From the NCBI GenBank assembly GCA_965227775.1, contig OZ245777.1:2035992-2099991 (forward strand): DNA of 64,000 nt, in the 5' to 3' direction. Source of the stretch: Phycisphaerales bacterium. Lineage in GTDB: Bacteria > Planctomycetota > Phycisphaerae > Phycisphaerales > UBA1924. The position numbers and the translations under genes are program-made. Each line of letters begins with the position of its first letter. The stretch's first letter is position 1. A model generated the notes under the pieces. The model ran no database searches, was not told the origin of the DNA, and worked only from the letters and a program-made list of their open reading frames with translations. Below, piece after piece: positions 53,501 through 62,579 of this stretch.

Positions 53501-56500
53501 CGAGAACTTCAACGACGAGGTTCCGAACCTGTGGGATCGCGACGACCGTCCCGGTACCCGGATGTCGCTGGTGCTGAGCCCCGATTTCTTGCCCGGCGCA
53601 CAGACCTTCGTCAACGTTTACGACTCTTCGTTCCGCCTGATCTACTCCAACGACACGATCGCGCCGCCATTCCCCGACCCTGCAGGCGCCTTCGATCCGT
53701 CGATCCAGACGCCGCAGTTCGGTGCGGACGGTCTGGTCATCGACATCGGCGACGGCCAGGAGTCGCAGTTCTGGGCCGGCGAGACCTACTACCTCGAGAT
53801 CAGCTCGGTCGGCGGCAATGGACGATACAGCTTCTCGCTGACCACCGACGCGTTCCCACCCGACATCGATGGTGACGGCACATTCGACGATGTGATCAGC
53901 CAGTACTTCGAGCCGGGCGGTGCCGACTTGGTCCGCGCAGAGTTCGACGCGGCTCCCGAGATCGTGCTGGGTTCGACGACGTCCGGCGACGGCCGCAACT
54001 TCCTTGGTCTGCCCAACGCGGCATTCCAAGTGCGCCAGTACGACGTGTCGCCGAGCGGCTTCCTGGTCACCCAATACCAGGAGCTGGGTGTCATCGAGCG
54101 AATCGAAGACTTCGACATCTACTTCTTCCGCGCGCCAGACAACGGCATGACCGAGATCCGCCTGGCGACGCAGCAGATCACCGATGAATTCGTCGAGGAC
54201 ATCCTCGATCTCAACGTCTTCCCGCCGGCACTCGATCGCCGAATCGAGAACAAGACCTACGACAGCCCGCTGGATGGCAAGATCCGCGTGTTCAACAACG
54301 ACTTGCAGCTCCTGGCGACCAACAACGACAACGAGGGCTTCTCTGGCGTCCGCCAGCAGCAGCCAATCGGTACGCTCGATCTTGATGGCGACACCCTGTA
54401 CGGCCTCGGTGACACCGAGATCGACGGCCGCATCTTCAACAACGTCGACCCCCGCGTTGTGGTGCCCACCGTGCGCGGTGAGGTCTACTTCATCGTGGTC
54501 GAGAGTGGCCAGCTCGAGAGCTTCGAGACAAACCCCGATCTGGTCGATTGGCGTCGCGCCATCGGTTCGTACGAGCTGCTCATCAACAGCTCGCCCAACC
54601 TCGAATTCGCCGACGATCACCAGGACTTCAGCGCGACGTTCTTCGACTTCTACACGTACGACACCCCGCTGGCCGTGGACGACATGGGCCAGGGCGAGAT
54701 TCGCGGCGAGATCCGCACCCGCTCGGGCGGCGTAGACGACAACGACGGCTTCTTCGCCTACGCCGTGGGCACGGGCGATATCACCGTCACGGTCGGCGCC
54801 GATGTGCCCACCGAGTTCCAGCCGCGCGTCACGATCTACGACAGCCAAGGCAACATCCGCGTGAGCCCGACCACGGCCACCCAGGAGGCCCCCGCTGAGG
54901 TGACCTTCTTCGCCAACAAGGGCGATCGGTACATCATCCGCGTTGACGCGAACGTTGGCCAGCAGGGTGGCTACACCGTCGAGGTCGATGGCGCGCCGGC
55001 CGGCGATGACTTCGCCGACTCGCACCGCCCGATCGATGCGACCGAGATCGAGATTCTCGACTTCCAGGGCCTCGGCCAGATCTCCGGTCTGATCGACAAC
55101 CCCGGCGATACCGACATCTTCCGCTTCTCGACGCCGGGCTACGACGAGCTGACCATCGATGTGCAGTCGACCAGCTTCGGCTTCGATCCGCTCTTCCGCG
55201 TGTTCGAGGTCAGCGAGGACCCGGCCGGCAACCAGATCTTCCTGCAAATCGCGTTCAACGACAACATCAACCCCGGCACGGTCAACGCTCGTGCGACGTT
55301 CCCGATTACCGGTGCCGATCGCACGTCGGGCGCCACGATGCGCACCTACAACGACTATTACATCGTCGTCGAGGGTGCAGACCCGCAGGCTTCGACCGGC
55401 TCGTACGACCTGTTGATTACCGCGACGCCGACCGACGACCACGCCGACGAGGACGAGTTCCCATTCGCCTCGCCGCTCCCCGTCCTGCCGGCTACCGGCC
55501 AGGGTGAGCGTTCGGGTGTCATCGAGGACAGCAACGACACCGACCTATTCGTCTTCACCGCTCCCGGTGGCGGCGAGGCCCTCCTGTCGGTCGTCAGCAA
55601 CGAGATGAGCACATTGCGGCCCACCATCCGCGTGTTCGACTCGGAGTTCAACCCCGTCATCAACCTGACGACGGGCACCGACGCCACCGTTACGGGCCCC
55701 GACGCCCTGTTCTCGGCGGCGAGCTTCCGCTTCGACGTAACACGTCAGGCCCAGTACTACGTGCTCATCGGCAGCGACGGCACCGGTGCGGTCACGACCG
55801 ACACGGGTTCCTATTCGCTCAACGCGACCACACCGACGGCCGACGAGACGCCCAACGAGGGTGAGTTCGAGATCGCCCGCGAGATCGCCCTTTCGACCGA
55901 GACCGGCGATGGCGTCGCGTCCGGCATCATCGGCACGGTCAACGACACCGACCTCTTCTTCTTCGACACCATCGTCGATGCATCGCCCGCGCCGCAGCAG
56001 CACGTGGTTCGTGTCGATGCTTCGGGCGAGATGGTCACGCCGGTGCTGAGCGTGTTCGACTCCGGCACCAGCCTGCTCACGCAGATCATCGACGGTGGCA
56101 CGGGCGACCTCGCGCCGGAGGCCGGAATCATCGAGACAAACATCGTCGCGACGGGCATGCCCGGCGAGCGGTTCTTCCTCCTGGTCGAACTCGACGACAC
56201 GAGCATGTTCCCGACTGGCGCGTACGCCGTGACCATCGATGGCCCGATCCCCGACGTGGTGCCTACGCCGGGCGACGATCACGCCAACGAGGGCCAGTTC
56301 AGCCAGGCGACGGTCATCGAGCTCGATGAGCGGACCGGCAACGCCGAACTCACCGGTCGCATCGATCCTTCGCGGGACAGCGATCTCTTCCGCATCAACC
56401 CGCTCGATGGCGGCCGAACCTTTGTCCAGGTCGTGACGCCTTCCGGCAGCCTGCTCGATGTGGACCTTACCGTCTTCGAGGAGTTCGGTGGCGGCGGTAC

Positions 56501-58010
56501 CCCGGTACGGATCGCCAGGGACACGACCGGTTTCCAGGGCGTGGACGCCTCGGTCGAATTTGACATCGTCGGCGCCGGTACGCCGTACTACCTGCTCGTC
56601 AGCGGCCTGAACTCCGCGACCGGTGAGTACACGCTGCGTATCGACACCCAGCCCGAGACCTTCTTCCTGTATTACCCCGAGGGCTTCGTCAACGAGTCGA
56701 TCAGCGAGTTCGTCTCGATCAGCAACCCGAGCCAGAGCCAGTCGGTCAGCTACACGATCCGCTTGTTCTACGAGAACCCCGACCTCGACGACATGACGAT
56801 CGTCGAGAACGAGACACTCGCCCCGGGCAGCCGTGGTGGCGTGACCATCGCCGAGCGGGGCAACTTCGTCCTGCCAGGCGTCGCTGTCAACGAGCCGTAC
56901 TCGATCGTGATCGAGTCGGACGGCCAGCTTGGTGCGACGCTCTCGCACTACGACTTCGAGGGTGCCGTGGGCGAGGCCTTCACCCCAGTGACCAGCGAGA
57001 CGTGGGCCTTCGGCCGCCTCGAGCGGAGCCCGGGTCAGGTCGAGTCCTTCGTCGTCTTCTTTAACCCCAACGACCACGACGTCGTCGTGACGCTCAGCGC
57101 GTTCGTTGGCACGACCGAGGTGCAGATCCAGCAGACCGTCGAGGCCAGCAGCCGCGGCGGCTGGGAACTCAGCGGCCTCGGACAGCTGCCCATCGGCGTC
57201 TTCGGCGCCACGCTCACCAGCGAGCCGGTCGATGGCTCCATCACCGACAGCATGGGCATCGTGGCGGCTCTCAGCCAGTACGATCTGGTTAACGGCGAGG
57301 CGTTCGGCGTGCTCGGCGATCCGTCGGGTGGTGCGACCTTCAACGTTGTGCCGACCTTCACTTCGGGCTCGGAGGTCACGGCTGAACTCGTGCTCTTCAA
57401 CCCAGGTGATGCGGCTACCTCGGTCACGATCACCAGCGATTACATCACCGCGCCCCTGCCCAACGTGCAGGTGACGCGTGAGATCGGTGCGGGTCAGACC
57501 GTCGTCCTTCGAGCGGCCGACCTCAGCCTCGCGGGCGATGTGGCCGCAGGCCTGACCATCGAGTCAACCCTGCCGCTGGCGGGTGTCGCGCTCGAGCGTC
57601 AGAATGGCGATGCGAACGCGATCGCTACACAGAACACGGCCGCCTCGACGTGGTTCTTCGGCGATGCCTTCCTCAACAGCGAGGAAGCCGGCCTGACCTA
57701 CTTCGAGACGCTCAGCTTCTTCAACCCCACCAGCGAGTCGATCGCGATCGAGATTACGCTCTTCTTCAACGATGGCACCACCGCCAACACGGTCCGCCAG
57801 GTTGGCGCGGGCAGCTTCAACAACCTTCGCTTGGACACCTTCGCCCCGATCATCGATCGCCAGATGCTCAACTTCTTCTCGATCCAGTTGAGCTCGAACC
57901 TGCCGCTCATCGCGTCGCTGACGCACTACGACCTGGTCCTCGACGGTGGCTGGACCAACGCCGGTGCGCCTCTCGGCCTGACCAACCCGCTCGATCGCAT
58001 CATCACCTGA
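50565..58010 (+). CDS. Giant (2481 aa) multi-domain extracellular protein: N-terminal LExLExRxLL motif, at least 9 PPC-like modules, a central propeller-like region and 4 C-terminal repeats
   Basis: ATG with GGAG 7 nt upstream. LEQLESRILLGG at aa 47-58. Repeated D-x-D-(L/I)-F-x-F modules, each ending with a Y-x-(L/V)-x-I signature (DTDLFQFTVP, DFDIYFFRAPDNG, DTDIFRFSTPGYDE, DTDLFVFTAPGGG, DSDLFRINPLDGG; GSYDLLITATPTDDHADE, GEYTLRIDTQPE). (V/A)GGxF motifs at aa 600-950. Four repeats of about 110 aa from nt 56654 (FVSISNPS, FVVFFNPN, LVLFNPGD, LSFFNPTS). Confidence 0.85.
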   Translation: MSGQRTGSPRHAKSPFGLGRLRSLYRSAGKALGEPRATEPEGTGQILEQLESRILLGGDHPSFELPLTPTSGTEIVLDGVTGEGTVDGEIEDITMSLADDLFRFDAPQTDFVTVWADTINVVGGSALDSRVEIYDIDGALVAQGSSQGELSDGLFSDGWAGFLAEGGETYFIRVLSDVDNAGQMTTGEYTVRVDAITNTDLVIETDPMPTPPARFGAGFASGSITLVGDDVVYRVEAGSDDAFNSLATFYAALPAMLPSDLDTRVDVYDEQGRFLTGDSDTGRLLTGFDIVESAADAVFFVRVRSDRFDAGDTRSTGAYQINAEMAAAEIDIDPVIRRGQTTDAIASAFDTRIYRFTTQGSGLSFVGAIGTGLVPLPEPAVRLYDSNADLDGFSDLAGIADLQIQLEGNTEYFVVVETFDNPPGGQYDLLIESNHTFLPNQEIDDHVDRLEGNDPDGEPIEFSPTEGYTNPDQFDFVRRQFELATPLRFSDPFLYTRTFVDPNGMFPDVVNPVADRSYVQQALGTGRIHSFGDTDLFQFTVPLDMLGDYAGDNDDVGDALFAGGQGDFIIKGTDNDTGGPITRSFLGVWDAQDWWPVRAGVDMEIYAMESWTYDPDADVGGTALILGGEFQFADFQAAPFVAAYAYDPTPGVEEFVLTPLAGGLDGAVYDFGVFDLDPDDDIESQLIVAGEFTGGIRSYTVQPGDFISAGVFAPLPIATFASEYYAIEVFDPADPEMGDENPESLWFGGTGWLEELIVDDMGPRAGAFFEIEQGAGDGVVLDLKSFEIPPPPVGMGEATEGLVVGGTFDGVEGFAVSNVFFIEGDAGAMAPGAFILDDMGGGVNDTVRALEAWDRDGSGTDLFDEIIVGGDFTATAGGQPLNFIGSYAGAWASLGSALPAGGPVDFNAPVHSLNVFIDGEFGVGTAPFAENPVLYAGGEFTVADGSPIGRIGGLTFDTTLLVWTWTPLGFGSTDTVFALENFNDEVPNLWDRDDRPGTRMSLVLSPDFLPGAQTFVNVYDSSFRLIYSNDTIAPPFPDPAGAFDPSIQTPQFGADGLVIDIGDGQESQFWAGETYYLEISSVGGNGRYSFSLTTDAFPPDIDGDGTFDDVISQYFEPGGADLVRAEFDAAPEIVLGSTTSGDGRNFLGLPNAAFQVRQYDVSPSGFLVTQYQELGVIERIEDFDIYFFRAPDNGMTEIRLATQQITDEFVEDILDLNVFPPALDRRIENKTYDSPLDGKIRVFNNDLQLLATNNDNEGFSGVRQQQPIGTLDLDGDTLYGLGDTEIDGRIFNNVDPRVVVPTVRGEVYFIVVESGQLESFETNPDLVDWRRAIGSYELLINSSPNLEFADDHQDFSATFFDFYTYDTPLAVDDMGQGEIRGEIRTRSGGVDDNDGFFAYAVGTGDITVTVGADVPTEFQPRVTIYDSQGNIRVSPTTATQEAPAEVTFFANKGDRYIIRVDANVGQQGGYTVEVDGAPAGDDFADSHRPIDATEIEILDFQGLGQISGLIDNPGDTDIFRFSTPGYDELTIDVQSTSFGFDPLFRVFEVSEDPAGNQIFLQIAFNDNINPGTVNARATFPITGADRTSGATMRTYNDYYIVVEGADPQASTGSYDLLITATPTDDHADEDEFPFASPLPVLPATGQGERSGVIEDSNDTDLFVFTAPGGGEALLSVVSNEMSTLRPTIRVFDSEFNPVINLTTGTDATVTGPDALFSAASFRFDVTRQAQYYVLIGSDGTGAVTTDTGSYSLNATTPTADETPNEGEFEIAREIALSTETGDGVASGIIGTVNDTDLFFFDTIVDASPAPQQHVVRVDASGEMVTPVLSVFDSGTSLLTQIIDGGTGDLAPEAGIIETNIVATGMPGERFFLLVELDDTSMFPTGAYAVTIDGPIPDVVPTPGDDHANEGQFSQATVIELDERTGNAELTGRIDPSRDSDLFRINPLDGGRTFVQVVTPSGSLLDVDLTVFEEFGGGGTPVRIARDTTGFQGVDASVEFDIVGAGTPYYLLVSGLNSATGEYTLRIDTQPETFFLYYPEGFVNESISEFVSISNPSQSQSVSYTIRLFYENPDLDDMTIVENETLAPGSRGGVTIAERGNFVLPGVAVNEPYSIVIESDGQLGATLSHYDFEGAVGEAFTPVTSETWAFGRLERSPGQVESFVVFFNPNDHDVVVTLSAFVGTTEVQIQQTVEASSRGGWELSGLGQLPIGVFGATLTSEPVDGSITDSMGIVAALSQYDLVNGEAFGVLGDPSGGATFNVVPTFTSGSEVTAELVLFNPGDAATSVTITSDYITAPLPNVQVTREIGAGQTVVLRAADLSLAGDVAAGLTIESTLPLAGVALERQNGDANAIATQNTAASTWFFGDAFLNSEEAGLTYFETLSFFNPTSESIAIEITLFFNDGTTANTVRQVGAGSFNNLRLDTFAPIIDRQMLNFFSIQLSSNLPLIASLTHYDLVLDGGWTNAGAPLGLTNPLDRIIT

Positions 58011-58048
58011 TGCGGCCGACGCAGCGACGTGAAGCCGCATGAAAGATC

Positions 58049-58080
58049 AACGCCCCCGGGTTCGCTCGGGGGCGTTTTCC
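58049..58080. terminator. Bidirectional rho-independent terminator between the giant gene and the rhodanese-like gene
   Basis: AACGCCCCCG-GGTTCGCT-CGGGGGCGTT followed by TTCC on the + strand, with an A-rich 5' flank serving the convergent minus-strand gene. Confidence 0.7.
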
Positions 58081-58104
58081 TTGGCGGTGCGTAGTTGTGC
58101 CGAC

Positions 58105-58641
58105 TCAGGGTACAGGTCGGCGGACGTCACGCGGCGGCGACTTGGGCGCTTCGTTCTCGGGCTCGCCCGACGCGATCGGGAAGCCTGCGTCGGACCACTC
58201 GATGACGCCGCCGCCAAAGAGCCGGGCCTGGTCGTAGCCAATCACGAGCAGGCGCTTGGTCATCGCCCGGCCCGACAGCGCGCCCGGGCCATCTGCGTAC
58301 ACCACGATGTGCTCGAACTGGTTGACGTTGGGGTCCACGCGATCACGCTCTGCGAGGTCCGGCAGCGTTACGTGCAGTGCCCCGGGCAGGCGGGAGTCTT
58401 CAAAGGCGGCCCGTCGGCGGGGATCGATCAGCATGAGGAGAGGCTCGTCGGGATTCTCTTGCTGCTCGAGCCAGAGCAGCCGTAGTTCCGTCAGGGAGAT
58501 GTTCTTGATGTCCGCGTCCGTGATGCCCGAATTGCACCCGCCTACGCACGCAGACACGAGCGCGAGCCCGACAACGAGGCGACGGGCTGAGCTGGATCGG
58601 CCGTCATAGCGGGTGAAGACTCTTCGGCCAGTTCGGGGCAT
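58105..58641 (-). CDS. Rhodanese-homology-domain lipoprotein (active-site Cys absent)
   Basis: ATG at 58641. Lipobox LVSACVGGC. Rhodanese-like LIDPRRRAAFEDSRLPGALHV and GGGVIEW. The active-loop position reads VVYADGPG (Ala where the catalytic Cys is expected). Confidence 0.65.
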   Translation of the reverse strand: MPRTGRRVFTRYDGRSSSARRLVVGLALVSACVGGCNSGITDADIKNISLTELRLLWLEQQENPDEPLLMLIDPRRRAAFEDSRLPGALHVTLPDLAERDRVDPNVNQFEHIVVYADGPGALSGRAMTKRLLVIGYDQARLFGGGVIEWSDAGFPIASGEPENEAPKSPPRDVRRPVP

Positions 58642-58706
58642 CCTGTATCCTTGCCTTCGCTTTCCGCGACGATGGGAAATATCGTCCGGGGCAGACACGT
58701 TATGCG

Positions 58707-59663
58707 GTGATCATCCGTGCGGGACAGCCGTGGGAGGTGCGCTTGCTCAGAGAGACCGCCATCGTCGTCGCAGCAGCCGCCCTGGCATGTGTCAGCCGGT
58801 CCGCCCAAGCCCAGGACGCCAGCGACGTGTCCGAGGCCTCCCTCATCGCTGAGTCAGTTCAGGTGGCCCCTGGTACCACCGTGCTGTTGGGGCTCCACTT
58901 CGAGCTCGCGGACGGCTGGCACATCTACTGGAATGGTCGCAACGACACAGGCTTTGCGCCCGAGGTCGACTGGGCGCTTCCCGAGGGCGTCGCGGTCGGC
59001 CCGCTCTTGTGGCCGGCTCCAGAGCGATACATCTCGCCCGGCGACATCCTCGATCACGTGTACGAGGGCAACCCGACCATTCTGGTGCCCGTCACCATCT
59101 CAGCGGACGCAGCGCCCGGCTCCACGCTCTCGATCTCCGGCGAAGCCGAGTGGCTGGTGTGCAAGGAACTCTGTCTGCCCGGCTTCGGCCCGATCTCTAT
59201 CGATCTGACAGTGGGCGAGGCATCGACAACGCGGGCAGCACCCCTTTCCCGCGCTTCGGACATTGGCGAGGCCGCAACGCGATTGCCCGAGCCAGTAGCT
59301 GCTGCGACGCAGCCCGAATCGTTCACGGTGGCATGGACGGCGGAAGCCGTCACCGTTCGAGCTGCCGGGTCGAGGTCGGTGGAGTTCTATCCGGCACTGT
59401 CCTCAACGCCACTTGCGAACACGCTTGCAGACGCGCAGGCCAAGGGCGACACGATGCGCCTCCGCCTCGCCTCCGAGTCTCGCGGCATGCAGACCAATGA
59501 CGAGCGGCGGCTCGTAGGCGTGCTCGCGATTGAGTCTGCCTCTGGCGTGAAGAACTGGTACCAAATCGACTCGGGGCCGGACGGCTTTCGTACCCCGGAA
59601 AACTCAGAGCTGGTTTCACGTGTCCGCCAGCGCGTTGGCAACCCTGCCGACGACGGCGGCTGA
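58707..59663 (+). CDS. DsbD/DsbC N-terminal-domain-like (thiol:disulfide interchange) periplasmic protein
   Basis: GTG start and signal peptide. ELADGWHIYWNGRNDTGFAPEVDW ... EAEWLVCKELCLPG matches the DsbD-alpha-like domain pattern (H-x-Y-W ... C-x-x-x-C). Confidence 0.65.
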   Translation: MIIRAGQPWEVRLLRETAIVVAAAALACVSRSAQAQDASDVSEASLIAESVQVAPGTTVLLGLHFELADGWHIYWNGRNDTGFAPEVDWALPEGVAVGPLLWPAPERYISPGDILDHVYEGNPTILVPVTISADAAPGSTLSISGEAEWLVCKELCLPGFGPISIDLTVGEASTTRAAPLSRASDIGEAATRLPEPVAAATQPESFTVAWTAEAVTVRAAGSRSVEFYPALSSTPLANTLADAQAKGDTMRLRLASESRGMQTNDERRLVGVLAIESASGVKNWYQIDSGPDGFRTPENSELVSRVRQRVGNPADDGG

Positions 59664-59718
59664 AGACTCATCCTGCATTCACGGTCGCAAGAGCGGCCAC
59701 TAGGAAAGGAGCCCTTCC

Positions 59719-60390
59719 ATGGGTTGGTTCAAACGAAACGGCATGGCAATGGTCGGTACGGTCGCGGCGATGACGGCGGCAACGAGCCTGTCGGTGGCGC
59801 TCGCCGGCCAGAACGGCAACATGAACGGGCAGATGGCCAGCCAGGGCGTGACCGCTGGCGAGAAGGCCCCGATGTTCACCCTCAAGGACACCGAGGGCAA
59901 GGAGCACAGCCTTAAGGACGTGTTGGCCAAGGACAGCACGAAGGCCGTGGTCATCGAGTGGTTCAACCCCGACTGCCCCTTTGTCAAGAAGCACCACGAC
60001 AACGCGACCACCATGACCGACCTGGCCAAGAACCACAAGAACGACGGCGTCGTGTGGATGGCCATCAACTCGGGCGCCGAAGGCAAGCAGGGGGCCGGCA
60101 TCGATCGCAACAAGAAGGCGATCGAGCAGTACAGCATCAACTACCCCGTGCTGATGGACATGGATGGCAAGGTTGGCAAGGCCTACGGCGCGAAGCGCAC
60201 GCCCGAGATGTATGTCATCGCCAAGGACGGCACGATCGTCTATCACGGGGCGATCGATAGCGACCGAAGCCCGCGCAACATGGGCGAGATCAACTACGTC
60301 GCAGACGCGCTGAAGGCCCACCTGGCCGGCGAGACCGTCGCCACCCAGCGGACGCAGGCCTACGGCTGCTCGGTGAAGTACAGCAACTGA
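59719..60390 (+). CDS. Redoxin/thioredoxin-fold protein (AhpC/TSA-like), secreted
   Basis: AAGGAG RBS and signal peptide. GEKAPMFTLKDTEGKEHSL ... VVIEWFNPDCPFVKK ... TPEMYVIAKDGTIVYHGAID is typical of the redoxin fold. Confidence 0.75.
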   Translation: MGWFKRNGMAMVGTVAAMTAATSLSVALAGQNGNMNGQMASQGVTAGEKAPMFTLKDTEGKEHSLKDVLAKDSTKAVVIEWFNPDCPFVKKHHDNATTMTDLAKNHKNDGVVWMAINSGAEGKQGAGIDRNKKAIEQYSINYPVLMDMDGKVGKAYGAKRTPEMYVIAKDGTIVYHGAIDSDRSPRNMGEINYVADALKAHLAGETVATQRTQAYGCSVKYSN

Positions 60391-60488
60391 TCGTTTCTGC
60401 TTGTGCCCTTCGCCCGGGCCGGCGTTGACGCGCCCGCCCGGGCTTTGCTACAGGCGGCCCCCGCCTGCGCCCGATCTACTATTCGGAC

Positions 60489-62576
60489 ATGGCCCAACTC
60501 CTCCCCATGCTCTCCACGCTGTTCGACCTGCTCCTCGTGGTTGTGGGCTTCGGGCTCATCATCGTCATCCACGAGCTCGGCCACTTTGTGGCGGCCCGTT
60601 GGGCCGGCATTCGCGTGTTTGCGTTCGCCGTGGGCTTCGGGCCGGCGCTGTTCAGCTACCGCAAGGGCATCGGCCTTCGTCGTGGCAGCAGCGAGCCCAC
60701 CTACAGGGCCATGCTGGCCGATCGAGGCCTGACCGTTCACGATGAGCCGCCAACGGACGTCAGCCCGACCGAGTATCGCCTGAATTGGCTGCCCTTCGGC
60801 GGCTACGTCAAGATGCTGGGCCAGGAAGATGCGAATCCTGGGGCCGTCAGCCATGCGCCCGATAGCTACCAGACGTGCCACCCCGCGAAGCGGCTCGTCG
60901 TCATCTCTGCGGGCGTCGTCGCGAACGTCGTGCTCGCAGCGTTCATCTTCATGTTCGTGTTCATGGTGGGCCTGAAGACCGAGCCGCCACGGCTGGGAGT
61001 GGTCGCGTCGAACGGGCCGGCCGCGGCCGCGGTTCCCGCCGATCCATCGATCGTGCCGGCGGGGCTCGCGTCGGGCGACACGGTGCTTCGGATCAACGGC
61101 CGTGAGGCGCGCAGCTTCAACGACCTCATGCTCGCAACCGCCATGGCAACACCCGGCAAGCCGCTCGACGTCCTCGTCCAGCGCGATGGCTTCGACGAGC
61201 CATTGCGGTTCGAGGTCCAGCCACGCAAGAGCGAACTGACGAATCTGCAGGACATCGGTGTCTCGCCTGCGCGCTCAACGGCGGTCTTCGACGACGGCGG
61301 CGATCGTGCATCCTTCGACCGGGTCATGGAGCAGATCGAGCTCGACGGCGTTTCCCCTGGTTCGACCCTCGCCTCGGTCGCGATCGAAGGCGAATCGCCT
61401 GAGTCGATCGAAGACTCGGGTGAGCTGGCCAGTGTCTTCGCAGCATCGGATGGCAGGGCTGTCGAGCTGGTCTTCGAGCAAGGCGACACATCCCACCGCG
61501 CCATACTGGAGCCTCGCCCGGTGTACCAAGAGGCCATGGTCAAGATGCCCTCCGGGGCCCAGTCGCCGCAGACGCACCTGCTCGGGCTTACCCCGGTCAT
61601 GACCGTGGCCGAGCTCGATGAGTCGGCGCGCGGTTACGAGCAGGGCCTCCGCACGGGTGATGTGTTCGCCCGCCTGGGCTCGGTGGAGTATCCCAGCATC
61701 ACCGCTGGTATCGCCGAGATCAAGCGGCGCGCGGGAGAAGACATCCCCATCGTCGTACTGCGCGATGGCAAGCAGGTCGAGCTCACCGCCAGTGTCCAAC
61801 GAGACGGGACCATCGGTTTCTTCCCGTCCCAAGACCTCGAATCGGCTCGCGTATCGCTCTCGCCAGCGTCGCTCAAGGCGCCGGCGGCGATCGATCGACC
61901 GGGCGTGCGCATCATCTCGATCGCCGGCCAGCCGGTCTCCAGCTTCGCCGACATCCGTGCGGCATTCATTGAGGCAACAACCACCGCGTTTTCAACGAAG
62001 ACCGAAGCGCAGGTCGACATCATCGTGCAACTGCCAGACGCTGAAGCCACCGAGCGGTCGCGCACGCTCTCGCTCTCGAGCGAGCAGGTCGACGAACTGC
62101 ACGGCCTGAGCTTCGGTCCGCCGCCCGGCCTTCTGAGCATCTTCCGACCCGCCGAATTCACGCTGAAGGCCGAGGGGCCGATCGACGCCATTGGCGTGGG
62201 GCTTGCCGAAACCCACCGCGTGATGATGATGACCTACCTCACGTTCGCCCGCCTTGTGCAGGGCAGCGTGAAGGTCGAGCACCTCAAGGGCCCCGTTGGT
62301 ATCGCCCACCTGGGGACGCGCGTGGCCGACCGCGGCATCATCTGGCTTCTCTTCTTCATGGCGCTCATCAGCGTGAACCTGGCGGTCGTCAACTTCCTGC
62401 CGTTGCCAATCGTCGACGGCGGACAGTTCCTGTTTATCCTGTTCGAGTGGGCCCGCGGCAAGCCGGTGCCCGAGGCCATCCAGAGCTTCGCGACTGTCGT
62501 GGGGCTGCTGTTGATCGGAGCGGCGTTCCTTCTCGTCACGTTCAACGACATCCGCAACGTCTTCACCGGGCTCTGA
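60489..62576 (+). CDS. rseP: RIP metalloprotease RseP (site-2 protease, M50) with expanded PDZ region
   Basis: HELGHFVAARWAG (HExxH) in TM1. Central PDZ-like repeats. C-terminal NLAVVNFLPLPIVDGG motif. Confidence 0.88.
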   Translation: MAQLLPMLSTLFDLLLVVVGFGLIIVIHELGHFVAARWAGIRVFAFAVGFGPALFSYRKGIGLRRGSSEPTYRAMLADRGLTVHDEPPTDVSPTEYRLNWLPFGGYVKMLGQEDANPGAVSHAPDSYQTCHPAKRLVVISAGVVANVVLAAFIFMFVFMVGLKTEPPRLGVVASNGPAAAAVPADPSIVPAGLASGDTVLRINGREARSFNDLMLATAMATPGKPLDVLVQRDGFDEPLRFEVQPRKSELTNLQDIGVSPARSTAVFDDGGDRASFDRVMEQIELDGVSPGSTLASVAIEGESPESIEDSGELASVFAASDGRAVELVFEQGDTSHRAILEPRPVYQEAMVKMPSGAQSPQTHLLGLTPVMTVAELDESARGYEQGLRTGDVFARLGSVEYPSITAGIAEIKRRAGEDIPIVVLRDGKQVELTASVQRDGTIGFFPSQDLESARVSLSPASLKAPAAIDRPGVRIISIAGQPVSSFADIRAAFIEATTTAFSTKTEAQVDIIVQLPDAEATERSRTLSLSSEQVDELHGLSFGPPPGLLSIFRPAEFTLKAEGPIDAIGVGLAETHRVMMMTYLTFARLVQGSVKVEHLKGPVGIAHLGTRVADRGIIWLLFFMALISVNLAVVNFLPLPIVDGGQFLFILFEWARGKPVPEAIQSFATVVGLLLIGAAFLLVTFNDIRNVFTGL

Positions 62577-62579
62577 TCG

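Noticed and set aside
50199-57077. Very long minus-strand ORFs (757, 733 and 510 aa) antisense to the giant gene
   Set aside because: These are typical high-GC shadow ORFs. They are Arg/Gly/Ala/Val-rich and low in complexity, with no RBS or motifs. They lie entirely inside a + strand ORF that has clear modular protein repeats.
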